From assembly GCA_964016885.1 (NCBI GenBank), contig OZ024743.1, forward strand, positions 66,712,001-66,776,000: a stretch of DNA of 64,000 nt, written 5' to 3'. The notes beneath the pieces were generated by a model that ran no database searches, was not told where the DNA came from, and saw only the letters and a program-made list of their open reading frames with translations. This DNA comes from Eledone cirrhosa. Lineage: Eukaryota. Within the stretch, counting starts at the first letter, position 1; each line of letters starts with the position of its first letter. Both the position numbers and the translations under genes were made by a program. Below, piece after piece: positions 28,442-40,976 of this stretch.

Positions 28442-29657
28442 TACAGGGAAAAATGCGGGTGCATGTAAAGAAATATTCTTAAATTAATAAACCTAGAAAA
28501 GTAAAGGACAAGTTATTACACCTGGAAAAGTAAAGGACAAGAAAACTTCTTAAAACTTCTTAAAATATTGCAGCTATAGTATAAATTTGAATAATAAAAA
28601 ATATTTGATTTAAATATACATAGAAAGTGATAAATTCTAATAATACTAATTTATGATCATTTATTTAATTTTGTGATCCTAATTTACACCATAGTGGTTG
28701 GGTCATTAAATAAATATACTTTATTTTACTTTACTAAATGTGACTGAAAAAATGAGTGACAATATAAACATCAAATAAAACAAAATTTTGGCGTGTAAAT
28801 GACACTAACAATTAATTAATAATTAATTAGGGAGCCAACTGTAATGATAAATAATAACAAATTATAATTGTTTAATACTGAAATTTAAGACCTGTCAGAG
28901 ATCAAAATAACCAATCTACATTTTTAGGTAGAGTAAAATTAGACTACAATTAAAAATTAAACATTGTCTAATTCAACAGTTCATCTAATGAATTGATGAA
29001 TTCACTATAATTGATTGATTCACTATAAATGAATAATTGATGAATTGACTTTTACCTAATTTTGCCCCTTGAGATGTTGAATTTTACTATATTATAAAAA
29101 AATCTGTAATACTCATAAAAAGTGCAATTATATGATGCACTGTTTTTGATTTATTTTACTGCATTATTTTATAACTAAATTTTTAAAAATATAATTTGAT
29201 TAAGAGTGAAATTTTTAAATATCTTATAACATACATTAATAAATTGTACATATTAATTATTATTATTATTAATTAATTATTGTACAAATTATTGTACAAA
29301 TTATTGTACAAATTTTATTTTAAAAAGATTAATTTGTATACACCAAGAAAAAATTAAGTATACAGTAGTCAACTCTCCCTATAAGACAGTCATTTTTCCA
29401 GTCCTTTAAAGTGATATTTTTTTAACAATTAACTTATAATTATTTATTTTTAGTTTTATAATCTAAATATTTTTTTTCAAATTTAGACTTTAGCTGCAAT
29501 ATTTTAAGAAGTTTTAAGAAGAAGTTTTCTTGTCCTTTACTTTTCCAGGTGTAATAACTTGTCCTTTACTTTTCTAGGTTTATTAATTTAAGAATATTTC
29601 TTTACATGCGCCCGCATTTTTCCCTGTAATCCACTTTTTTTCCAGGCAATGCAAGGA
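28440..29657. mobile_element. AT-rich element with about 170-bp inverted repeats (28440-28610 / 29460-29630), PLE-like inversion or MITE
   Basis: Near-perfect inverted repeat read directly. The right side extends about 27 bp beyond the IR before an AT tract. Confidence 0.65.
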
Positions 29658-29717
29658 TATTATATTAATATTAATAAAAATATTTATCAACAAATAATTT
29701 AAATAATAATAATAAAT

Positions 29718-29895
29718 AATAATTGTTTCTACTTTTGGCACAAGGCCAGCAATTATTCCAGTATATTACTGGTACTTTATTTTATCGACCCCGTAAGTTA
29801 ACCTCGACGGGATTTGAACTCAGACCGTAAAGGGCCGTAACTCTTTGCCGAACAGCATGGCGTCCGACCCTCTACCGATACTGCCAATCCATCGC
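29718..29895 (-). mobile_element. tRNA-derived SINE (octopus OR/Meta-like), internally deleted
   Basis: Minus strand: B-box GAGTTCAAATCCC, GGGGTCGATAAAATAAAGTACCAG core, (ATT)n tail. Confidence 0.85.
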
Positions 29896-30022
29896 GAGTA
29901 ATAATGCTTATATACACACAGACACAGACACACTCACACAACAATACTTGAAATATGATTTATTCACAGACATAAATGAATAAATATGTAATTATGTTTA
30001 ATAAACTGTTGAAGGAGACTGT

Positions 30023-30170
30023 TGAAGGCGCATGGCTTAGTGGTTAGAGCATTGGGCTTGCAATCGAAAGGTTGTGAGTTCAATTCTCGAACCGGGTGAT
30101 GTGTTGGTTCCTTGAGCAAGACACTATTTCACGTTGCTACAGTTTACTCACCTGTAAAAAATGAGATGAT
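30023..30170 (+). mobile_element. tRNA-derived SINE head with CORE/V-like domain
   Basis: A-box TGGCTTAGTGG, B-box GAGTTCAATTC, then ccttgagcaagacact..cacctgtaaaaaatgag. Confidence 0.8.
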
Positions 30171-30886
30171 AGGACTGCGGTCCGTATCATTAAATCACCC
30201 AAGACACCCCCAACGAGATATACCTTGGAGGAGGCCAGCTAAACTTGCATAGGTGTGAGAACAACAACGTTTTATTTTAAGGGGTAGCATTCCTGTGACA
30301 ATCAATTTACTTTATACATTAAAAAACATTATTTATGACAAGAAAGTACATTACTAGAAATCCCATACGTTATAAAATAAATAGGATGGGCGGGGTCTTA
30401 ATATGTAAACTAAGCGACTAATTCTGGTTTTTAAATACATCAACGGAGATAACCGAGAAAAATTACTGATTTACTCACTCCCGCTTATCCCCCCCCCCTC
30501 ACTTATTCCAACTCTCCTTATTCCACTTCCCATATTATTTAGGACCCGAGAGTACACAAAATGAGGACAGTTATGAACAGTAAGGAAGCTTCTTAATGGG
30601 AAAAACAACAAGAATATTTCTGATCCCAGATAGGAAGCGGACTTATTCCAGCCACCATACTACAGCCATTGTCCACCTGACAATGGCTGTAGTATGGCTG
30701 CGTGAGCCCTTGGCGCCGTTAACACGACAGGCGCCAAACCTTTGTCGGCGTTTGACCCAGGACTGTAGCTGCCAAAAGTGCCCACACTGGTTGAACTTCG
30801 CTTTTGTTGTCATCGTCGTCACAGTAATCAATGCAAATCTGAAGATGTGTTAGACGCATTGTCTGCCTGCACATCATTAGAAGATA

Positions 30887-31394
30887 CTAGCAGAAAAATC
30901 ACCCTTCGGGTGGTTTTCTGCTCGCATGTTTAATGTGTATTTTGATATTATACACAAATATTTATGCATGTAGATATGATATATCAAATAAAATCGTAAT
31001 TGACAATATACACAGAAATTGAACGAAGTCTATGTTACACTGTCTTCTGTAATCAGTAAAGTAATCCATGATACATTTAAAAAAAGACGATATTATATAT
31101 AAACTGCATTAGGAGAAAATTAGCGACGGAAATATATGCGGTATTTTTATAAGTGTTATAATATAACGGCCGCTAACCGGAAGTGTTGACATTTGATAAT
31201 TTTAAAGAATTGAATTTTAATGATCTTTAAATAAGCTACAAAATATATTTAATGAACAGCCACGAAATTTAGCACATAAATTATGTAATATTCATTCATT
31301 ATTTATTCAAAGTAATCCAACTTATTTTACAAACGGGGTAAAAAAAAAATATTCTGGACGCAGTCCCGCACTCCTTTCTTTATTATAGTTAAGA
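30887..31394 (-). mobile_element. Complete non-autonomous Helitron
   Basis: Minus strand: A|TCTTAACTATAATAAAG ... terminal hairpin ... CTAG|T. Homologous to 47846-48305. A second 5' fragment lies head-to-head at 31451-31495. Confidence 0.85.
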
Positions 31395-31397
31395 TAT

Positions 31398-31447
<50 letters not shown>

Positions 31448-31492
31448 GTATCTTAACTATAATAAAGAAAGGAGTGTGGGACTGCGTCCAGA

Positions 31493-31566
<74 letters not shown>

Positions 31567-31570
<4 letters not shown>

Positions 31571-31890
31571 TTGCGAAGTTTTTGATATGAAATCGTGTGT
31601 CGAAACAAATATTGGATGGCGTAGGCATACAATACAACAGGAGGAAACATAATAGCACCACTGAAGATGTTGCAGATGTGCAACGAAAGAACTTTGTTAG
31701 ACTATATATATGTCTTTGTGTCTATATTATATCTGTATTTTTGACCGCTGGTCAGTCAATGGTAACATTGAGGACCGAATAAATTAAATTAACCGATATA
31801 AAAGACAGAAGCGAAAACCAACCAAACAGTAAGTGTGTTCTGTTATTAATTCTGGCAATATTATTACACAAATATGACCCTCCCCAAGTA

Positions 31891-31895
<5 letters not shown>
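31567..31895. mobile_element. Family B PLE-type insertion with HHR at 31652-31705 (+)
   Basis: CA CTGAAGA T GTTGCA-gatg-TGCAAC GAAA GAAC TT| TG. The tail is inverted on the left side. TA flanks. Confidence 0.75.
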
Positions 31896-31938
<43 letters not shown>

Positions 31939-32334
31939 CCAAGGCCTCCACAGATTGAATGTTGGTAGCAGAAGTGTTTTCTGGTTAACTGGACTTATTG
32001 TTTCCACAAAAACTGAGAGACCATAAATCCCTGTCTGTTCAGGGGATTAAGAGAATCGTGGCACAATGGCCAGGCGGGGGTACCCTAGCGAGAATATGTA
32101 GGTGTTGTCTACTTCCGTCTGATCTTTCAGGTACAGCTTACTATCCGCTCTTTTCTGGATGGTTCCAATGTTCGGGAACTCCTGTAGTCTAAAACAGAGT
32201 CTAATAACGTTAACTGTGACGTCAGTCAAGTTGCCGAAATCACTGAAGGCTGGCTTAGGATTGTCTCGCTATGTGCCGGCTTGTCCCAGTTGATGCAAGG
32301 AAACTCCTAACTAAATACCATAACAGAATTGTAA

Positions 32335-33400
32335 TATTTCTTTCTTTCCAATATTGGCGTAATACCAAGATTTTGGGACGGGAAAAGTCGATCCTATCAA
32401 CTCCATTACTGAACTGGTATTTTATTTTATCAATAAACAGAGAATGAAATGCAAAAGCGGGATTTGAACTCTAAATGTAAGCATCAGTAAGAAATATTAC
32501 TAAGCCTCCGCTCAACGCTCTAATGCTGACAGTTAAGCACGCTTATAATGATTTCTGATTGAAGCACAAGGCCAACAATCTTGGGGTGGGGGTTCGATTA
32601 AAAAGACCTCAATGCGTTACTGGTACTTTGTGTTATCGACCCCGTAAGGATGAAAAGCAAAGCTAACCTTGGTGGTGTTTGAGCTCATTATATAAAGGGT
32701 TGTAACTATATGCCGCCATGCATGTTGTCCAACGCTTTTCCGATTCTTCCAATCCACCGCCCTTATTCTAATAATTGTTTCTACTTTTGGCACAAGGCCA
32801 GCAATTATCCAGTACATTACTGGTACTTTATTTTATCGACCCCCGTAAGGATGAAAGGGAAAGTTACCCTCGGCGGGATTTGAACTCAGAATGGAAAGAT
32901 CCGTAACTCTATGCGTCAAAGCATAACGTCCGACCCTCTACCGATACTGCCAAATAATACTTTCTGATTTAGAAAACAAGGCAAACATTTCTGAGGGAGG
33001 GGAAAGTTGATTAGAACGACCCTAGTGCGTTACTGGTTCTTTATTTTATCGTCCCTTTAAGAATGAAAGAGAAAGCTAACCTCTGTAGGATTTGAACTCG
33101 TGACGTAAAGGGCCGTAACCATATGCCGTAAAATACGTCCAACGCTTCCAGCCCACCACCCTATAATAATATTAATAATGATTTCTAGTATAGGCACAAG
33201 GCCAGTAATTTGGTGGGGAGGGGAAAGTCGATTAAATCGACTCCAGTACGTTACTTGTGCTTTATTTTATCGACCCTGTAAGGATGAAATCAAAGCTAAC
33301 CGCGGCAGGATTTGAACTCAGACCGTAAAGGACCGTAACTTTATGCTGCAAAACATGGTGTCCGACTCTCTAGCGATACTGCCAATCCCCCGCCCTATAT
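32335..33400 (-). mobile_element. Head-to-tail cluster of about 5 diverged tRNA-derived SINEs
   Basis: Repeated ttttatcgaccc..ggatgaaa..aagctaacc..ggatttgaactc modules about every 200 bp. Confidence 0.85.
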
Positions 33401-33580
33401 AATAATATTAATAATAAAAACAGAGCAGAAACGAATTGACGAAGAAAAAATATATAAAATATATATTTGACTGGTTCCAGACAGTTCGGCGAGGCCACGC
33501 TGGGGCATTGCCATATTGGTGATTTTTATCTGAACTTTCACTTGGTGAGAAACACACACACACGCATACATAAAAAAAAA

Positions 33581-33612
<32 letters not shown>

Positions 33613-34454
33613 ATTAAGAGAGAGAAGGCGGGGGGGGGGGGAGACAGAGTGATAACGAGAGAGAGAGGGAGAGAGAGAGAGAATGAGAGGAGAGAGGGGG
33701 AGACAGAGAGCAAGAGAGAGAGTAAGAACATTAACCGAGGAAAGATAGAACGATGGAGTGAACGTGTTGTTTATAAAGGACACAAGTTTGACTTTAAACT
33801 TAAAACATCGTCATTTAGTGTCAGAAACGAGGTCTGAATTGGAGAGAAAAATAAAAGGAAGCAAATAGAAAAACAAAATAAAAAAGAAAGTAAAAAGAAA
33901 GAAAAAATGAATGAAACAAAGACACGAAGAATGAATGCCAAAAAGAAAGACAAAAATTATAAAAAAAGATTACATATTTGAATTTCAAATCAAAGACATA
34001 TTATCAATTTCAACAAATGTTAAATGGTAGATTCTGTAGTGACAGACAAAATGTATGTCTATTTAGGGTTAAGGTTCAATTTCTACCGCATTCAACTGTG
34101 TCTTTTATCTTTCTAGTGTCGATAAACTAAACATCTGTCAAATAATGTGATTGATCAATTCGACTATTCCATTCACGCCAAGTTTGTGGCTTTGTACATT
34201 TGCGAGGAGCCATGTCTTTCATGTTCTGCTTACGATTATCTCTAGGAAAGGAGAAACTTCTAGGAACACGATGCTAAGTCAGTGAATAAAGATTACAATG
34301 CTTAAGAGAGTATATGCATGCGAAATTTTGTTTAATAATATGGCTACCTACCTATTTATCGAAAAATCACTTAACCTTTAACTCTACGATATGTTTCAGC
34401 AATGCAGGTATAGTCACTGCCTCCGTCTCTCACTATTATAAGCCACTGGGGGCT

Positions 34455-34725
34455 CACGTACTGTCCACCCCGTGGCCCTGGCGGATAGAATAGATGGCGA
34501 TTCCCCGAAGTATAGTGAGGGAGAGGCGTTAGAAGAGCCAATCAAGCTCGCGAGGTTCAAACCCACGAGTAGCCAACTCCATGCCGATGGTGGTGAGTAG
34601 GGAGTTGGTCCTAGTTGTCCTGGACGTAAACATTAGCGAAGGAGATACTTTCAAAACAGCATTCGCTGTTGAAGCAGAGCGATTTGATTGATTCAGGTGT
34701 CATGAAGCACACATTGGGACATCTA
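34455..34725 (-). pseudogene. CRE-like non-LTR element, restriction-like endonuclease C-terminal fragment
   Basis: Minus strand encodes RTNSLLTTIGMELATRGFEPRELDWLF*RLSLTILRG, homologous to 54576-54800. Confidence 0.75.
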
Positions 34726-35050
34726 ACTGATTAATGCTAGCATGTGACAGGAATGGCAGTTTAGAAACACACAGAGATTGTGTGGCAGGCTGTAGTTGAT
34801 ATGTGAGAGGTCGTGTGAAAACCTTGCATACTTGCTCAACATTTACTGCTGTGTAACGGTTAACGATTGGTTTTCACAAATGTGCCTATGTGAAGTTGAA
34901 AAGGCCACATCCAAAATACAACTAGCAATTCTCATTAGAGATAGAAGATTTAGACAGGCATGTATCAGGCCATTTTACTTGTCCGGTTAACACTCTTTCC
35001 TAGATTAATTAGAAAACGCTTATCCTGAACAAACTCAATGTTATGACAAG

Positions 35051-35343
35051 CAGGGTAGGATTTAGACCTTGGGGGATCCAGGGCACTTCAGATTGGGGTA
35101 GAGGCAGGGGGCAAGTAAACAAAACAATTAGAATACACAGCAAACCACCACATTATACATATCAAAGTTAGCTTGGCTCAAGCAATTGTAATTGAAAAGT
35201 TATAAATACAGGTATTACATTCAAAAATTCTAACCATCCTAAAACTAAACAGTCCAGCTGAGGGCACAGCCGTCACTGATGGGGTGCTCCACTGCAGGGG
35301 CCCGGGGCAATTGCCCTATTGACCTCCATTATATACGGCACTG
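35051..35343. mobile_element. Old hAT-like MITE
   Basis: CAGGGTAGGATTTA...TATATACGGCACTG termini. Flanks ATGACAAG and GTGGCAAG form a degenerate 8-bp TSD. Confidence 0.55.
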
Positions 35344-36439
35344 GTGGCAAGTTCCTTGGCTGGATATTGCGAGCATTCACCGTAAGGTCATCAATAAAAG
35401 AAATGTGGGTGAATCTAATTGTTTTTGTATTCATGTTTATGCATGTATGAGTATGTCTGCTTGTGAATGCATCTATGTATATGTATAGATACAAGTACGT
35501 ATTTGTCTATTTGCGTTTGTATATATGTATGTATGCTTAGGTGTGAATGTATATCCCTAGCCATATACATATGTGTGTGTGTGTATGTGTTCGTACGTGT
35601 GTGCATGTTTATACTTGAGTGTATGTGCGTGTGTGTGTGTGAATGTTGGTGTCTATATTTGTGCATGTGTGTGTGTGTGTATGCGTGTGTGTGTGTATGT
35701 GTATACTCACGTATGTATGTGCGTATGTATATGTATATACAAATCATTCTGTGGGTGTGTATGCAAATAATTGCCGAAGTAAACAAATTTATGTCGTCGA
35801 CTTAAAAAATGGTTCTGTGGACAGTTGTTATTTGGGAAAGGATAACGATTGTCTGGTTGTGTGTGGCAGTGTGTGAGTGTAGGTGTGTATGTGTGTGAGT
35901 GTCTGGTTGTATGTGGCAGTGTGTGAGTGTAGGTGTGTGTGTGTGATTGTATGTAGGGGGGTGCCAGTGTAAGTGTAGGTGTGTATGTGTGTATGTGTGA
36001 AGTCATATCACCCACACACATAAACAGGGAGACACACACATACATACTCACACACATATATACATGTACTCACACACAAACACTCACATATACACATATA
36101 CATATATATAGAGAGAGAGAAAGAAAGAGAGAGAGAGAGAGAGTGAGAGAGTGAGAGAGTGAGAGAGGGAGAGAGGGAGGGATGGATATACCGACAGAAA
36201 AGGTATATATATGGATGTATGTATACGTTTATATATAAATATAGATATATGTATACGTATATATATATATATATATATATATACGTATAACCTGCAACGC
36301 TGATGGTATCCAATGATGTTGACTTGTTCTTCTTTTTGGTAAATATCATCTTGGTTAAGAGATTGGGACTGGCTTTGTGCAGTGCCTTTGCTCACTATAA
36401 AAGCTTCACGTCACAGGCATTGCTTTATATCTGGAGATC

Positions 36440-36632
36440 TCTGCACTTGTCGTCACATGGTACCATGGGCCCAGCATTATGTGTCAATAATTGTCACAAG
36501 TGTAGTGTTTGTACCAGAGTTTTCAAGTCGCTGGCTGGACTAAAAAGTCACACTCGTTCAGCGCATCGGTAGGGGTTCTCCTACATGGATATAAAGTAGT
36601 GGCCGTACTCGAAAACGAGTTGGCAGCCACCA
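36440..36632 (+). mobile_element. RTE LINE 3' end with a C2H2 zinc finger
   Basis: HKCSVCTRVFKSLAGLKSHTRSAHR*, then a 3' stem-loop (ctcgaaaacgag). Confidence 0.65.
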
Positions 36633-36636
36633 TATA

Positions 36637-38091
36637 TCTAATATATATTTGTGAAATGGGCGGTGGTTGAAATTCAAATGTGCACGGTTAAATGGTAGTA
36701 GACGTGGTCCGACGGACATGAAAATTTAAACACCTATGTAAAATGTGCCAAGGAAGCAAATAGACGAGGTTTCAAATCTCTAACTTGAAAAATGTGGTCC
36801 CTGGGGCCCCAAAACTATCGCATTCGGTGAGTTATTTCCCCCTGTTCTAATACTTTTGTCTTATTTACAATTTCATAATCATCGACATTGCTAGTTCGCT
36901 GTTAATAAACTATCACCCTTCTATATTTAACGATCATACAGTACCGTTTTATGAAATCGATTCTGCAGTACGGTCACTGTTTTCCATCAAAAGAAATAAA
37001 ACCCTTGGCGATACTTGGTTTTAGTGTCCTAAATTATCATCATCGACATTCAATTATTAGCTCCACCCACTACACGATACGTCACGAAAGTAAATGTTTC
37101 GAAAAAATTTTAAACTGTATATCGCAACAATATATTGTTTAAAGAAATTTTTTTCTGTTGTTAAAAACTGTAAATCTGTTTTAAAAAAAATGTATTTCGC
37201 AGCAATTTTTTTTCTGTTAAAAACTGTAAATAAATATTCATGCAAAAATGAAGCGTAGTGTTTCGGTTAAATACATTTCTTTTTTAACAGATTTACAGTT
37301 TTAAACAACAGAAAAAAATTTCTTTAAACAATATATTGTTGCGATATACAGTTTAAAATTTTTTCGAAACATTTACCTTCGTGACGTATCGTGTGTTTAA
37401 AAAAAAATGTATTTCGCAGCAATTTTTTTTCTGTTAAAAACTGTAAAGAAATATGTAAAAATGAAGCATAGTGTTTCGCTTAAAAACTTAAAAACTGTAA
37501 ATAAATATTCATATAAAAATGAAGCATGTTTTTCTGTGAAAAACTGTAAATAAATATTTATTTTGTTCAAAAAATGAATCAAAAATGTAATTTTCTCTGT
37601 TAATATTTTAATAAATATTTATTCTAAAAATTCAATGTTTTTTCGTGTAAAAATGAAGCATGTAAGAAAATGAACATGTAAAAATCAAGCCGCAGCAGCA
37701 GCTGATGACGTGTCGTGAAGTATCGTGTAGTGGGTGGAGCTAATAACTGATTGTCGATGATGATCATTTAGGACACTAAAACCAAGTATCGCTAAACCCT
37801 TAAATTGCGAAGAAAGGACGTGTGTTTTTATTTTAATTCTAATACATGTTAACCACGACTAACAGTAAGTAGTACTTTTCAAATTGCATATCATCGACAT
37901 TGCTATTTCACTGTTAATAAACAACGCTTTTCACGTCGCTCCACTTCTCATTGTACGCCGTCCAGCCCCAAGTGCATATTTCTATTTTTTTTCCCCTGAA
38001 ACTGCTTCTTTATAATAAACTTTCAATAATATTTTTCAAATTATTAACTTAATAAAAAGTGGCCCCGGGTGCAACCGGGCTCAGCTGCTAG
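36637..38091 (+). mobile_element. Non-autonomous Helitron containing a nested TIR element
   Basis: A|TCTAATATATATT start. End is gccccgggtgcaaccgggctcagctgCTAG|T. Confidence 0.7.
37007..37793. mobile_element. Foldback-like non-autonomous DNA transposon with about 80-bp TIRs and 8-bp TSD
   Basis: GGCGATACTTGGTTTTAGTG...CACTAAAACCAAGTATCGCT. AAACCCTT at 36999-37006 and 37794-37801. Confidence 0.85.
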
Positions 38092-38366
38092 TATATATAT
38101 ATATATATATGACAAACCAATCAAATTACTTCTCGAAAAACCTGGCTTTCGAGCCACTTTTTCCATATAAAACAAGTAACATTTACAGACCAACTAGATG
38201 TGAGAAAAACCACAGACCCTCCATCTCAACTCACCTTTTGAAAAGCAGAAGAACTGCGAAAAAAAAATAAGACTTCAGTTGCATTTTCGATTTCATCCCT
38301 TTTTCTTTATACTTCCACTCGTGTAGGACACCTCGGTTATTTTTCATTTTGTAAAAAAAACCTCAC

Positions 38367-38452
<86 letters not shown>

Positions 38453-38584
38453 ATATATATATTATTAGAAATGTTAGCTATCGCCGTATTTTGACCAAAG
38501 CAACTAAAGAAATTATTTAGCCTGATAGTGGGGTTAAGAACCCTCGGAGAAATGGAAAAAGATGAGTATTGACGTACACATATA

Positions 38585-38645
<61 letters not shown>

Positions 38646-38866
38646 AATTAAGTTAAAAATGTACATCCACATATGTATACTGAAATACTAGTATGCATAT
38701 GAATACACACACGTATACATATGTAGATGTACCGAGTTTTTCACTGGTCACTTTACTCTGAGTGTCCAGCTATTCTGTATGTAAACACACAGACAAACCG
38801 GTTTTTAGAATCAAACTGGTTTTTGAGGAAACACCTTTCCTCTATTCTCCAGAAAGCCAGACAAGG

Positions 38867-38911
38867 AATATTGAACTAGTTTCGATGTTGTTACATCTCA
38901 TCAGCAATATT
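38867..38911 (-). ncRNA. Type I hammerhead ribozyme (family G)
   Basis: Reverse complement of 39621-39665. Confidence 0.9.
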
Positions 38912-39620
38912 TACCTATCTTCCGGCCTCTCTAGAGAATCGTAAAAGCACATATCGTTATATGCTTTTTCTATGAAAATTAGTAGTGGGCAGACTAATTT
39001 GCATAGAGCGTGAGTACGTACCGGTTCAACGGAGACGATAAAAACAAATAACGAAACGAAATTAAATTTCGTTTCGTTTGTAACTCACTTTTGTATGACT
39101 GACGCTTATACAATTAAGTTAAAAATGTACATCCACATATGTATACTGAAATACTAGTATGCATATGAATACACACACGTATACATATGTAGATGTACCG
39201 AGTTTTTCACTGGTCACTTTACTGTGAGTGTCCAGCTATTCTGTATGTAAACACACAGACAAACCGGTTTTTAGAGTCATACTGGTTTTTGAGGAAACAC
39301 CTTTCCTCTATTCTCCAGAAAGCCAGACAAGGAATACATCTACATATGTATACGTGTGTGTATTCATATGCATACTAGTATTTCAGTATACATATGTGGA
39401 TGTACATTTTTAACTTAATTGTTTAAGCGTCAGTCATACAAAAGTGAGTTACAAACGAAACGAAATTTAATTTCGTTTCGTTATTTGTTTTTATCGTCTC
39501 CGTTGAACCGGTACGTACTCACGCTCTATGCAAATTAGTCTGCCCACTACTAATTTTCATAGAAAAAGCATATAACGATATGTGCTTTTACGATTCTCTA
39601 GAGAGGCCGGAAGATAGGTA

Positions 39621-39665
39621 AATATTGCTGATGAGATGTAACAACATCGAAACTAGTTCAATATT
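39621..39665 (+). ncRNA. Type I hammerhead ribozyme (family G)
   Basis: AATATTG CTGATGA GATGT-aaca-ACATC GAAA CTAG TT| CAATATT. 7-bp stem I, 5-bp stem II, palindromic stem III, GUU triplet. Confidence 0.9.
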
Positions 39666-40086
39666 CCTTGTCTGGCTTTCTGGAGAATAGAGGAAAGGTG
39701 TTTCCTCAAAAACCAGTATGACTCTAAAAACCGGTTTGTCTGTGTGTTTACATACAGAATAGCTGGACACTCACAGTAAAGTGACCAGTGAAAAACTCGG
39801 TACATCTACATATGTATACGTGTGTGTATTCATATGCATACTAGTATTTCAGTATACATATGTGGATGTACATTTTTAACTTAATTGTTTAAGCGTCAGT
39901 CATACAAAAGTGAGTTACAAACGAAACGAAATTTAATTTCGTTTCGTTATTTGTTTTTATCGTCTCCGTTGAACCGGTACGTACTCACGCTCTATGCAAA
40001 TTAGTCTGCCCACTACTAATTTTCATAGAAAAAGCATATAACGATATGTGCTTTTACGATTCTCTAGAGAGGCCGGAAGATAGGTA

Positions 40087-40131
40087 AATATTGCTGATGA
40101 GATGTAACAACATCGAAACTAGTTCAATATT
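40087..40131 (+). ncRNA. Type I hammerhead ribozyme (family G)
   Basis: Identical to 39621-39665 and exactly 466 bp downstream. Confidence 0.9.
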
Positions 40132-40419
40132 CCTTGTCTGGCTTACTGGAGAATAGAGGAAAGGTGTTTCCTCAAAAACCAGTATGACTCTAAAAACCGG
40201 TTTGTCTGTGTGTTTACATACAGAATAGCTGGACACTCACAGTAAAGTGACCAGTGAAAAACTCGGTACATCTACATATGTATACGTGTGTGTATTCATA
40301 TGCATACTAGTATTTCAGTATACATATGTGGATGTACATTTTTAACTTAATTGTTTAAGCGTCAGTCATACAAAAGTGAGTTACAAACGAAACGAAATTT
40401 AATTTCGTTTCGTTATTTG

Positions 40420-40472
<53 letters not shown>

Positions 40473-40491
40473 GTATATATGTATATATATA

Positions 40492-40558
<67 letters not shown>

Positions 40559-40577
40559 GTATATATGTATATATATA

Positions 40578-40662
<85 letters not shown>

Positions 40663-40824
40663 CCAGCGAACGTTTCCACGAACCAAAGTATCGTCTTCCT
40701 GTCATCCTCCGGTTGCAACGTTTTTTGAAATATCCACTTCTGCGTTTACAGATTGATTTGTTAGTTTCAGAAGATCCCGTTAAGGGTGAAAGCAGCGATT
40801 CTTTGCTTAAACTTTAATCTGTTA

Positions 40825-40911
<87 letters not shown>

Positions 40912-40942
40912 GTATATATATACGTATATATATACGTATACA

Positions 40943-40974
<32 letters not shown>

Positions 40975-40976
<2 letters not shown>

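Larger units (their letters stand above)
38642..40425. mobile_element. Tandem and inverted array of a 466-bp non-coding HHR-bearing unit (retrozyme-like, family G)
   Basis: Left arm 38642-39336 (about 1.5 units, RNA sense minus). Right arm 39335-40425 (about 2.3 units, plus). Only a few substitutions between copies. (TA)n flanks. Confidence 0.92.

Noticed and set aside
30023-30095. Functional tRNA gene
   Set aside because: Continues into a SINE core and lacks a proper acceptor stem and terminator.
38762-40236. Repeated 60-aa ORF in the 466-bp unit (Obelisk- or delta-like protein?)
   Set aside because: GTG start, antisense to the ribozyme, no recognisable motif. Its conservation only reflects recent duplication.
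39335-40425. Second, antisense hammerhead as in a true viroid-like replicon
   Set aside because: No CTGANGA core on the opposite strand of the unit (nearest is CTGACGC). Other ribozyme classes were not excluded.
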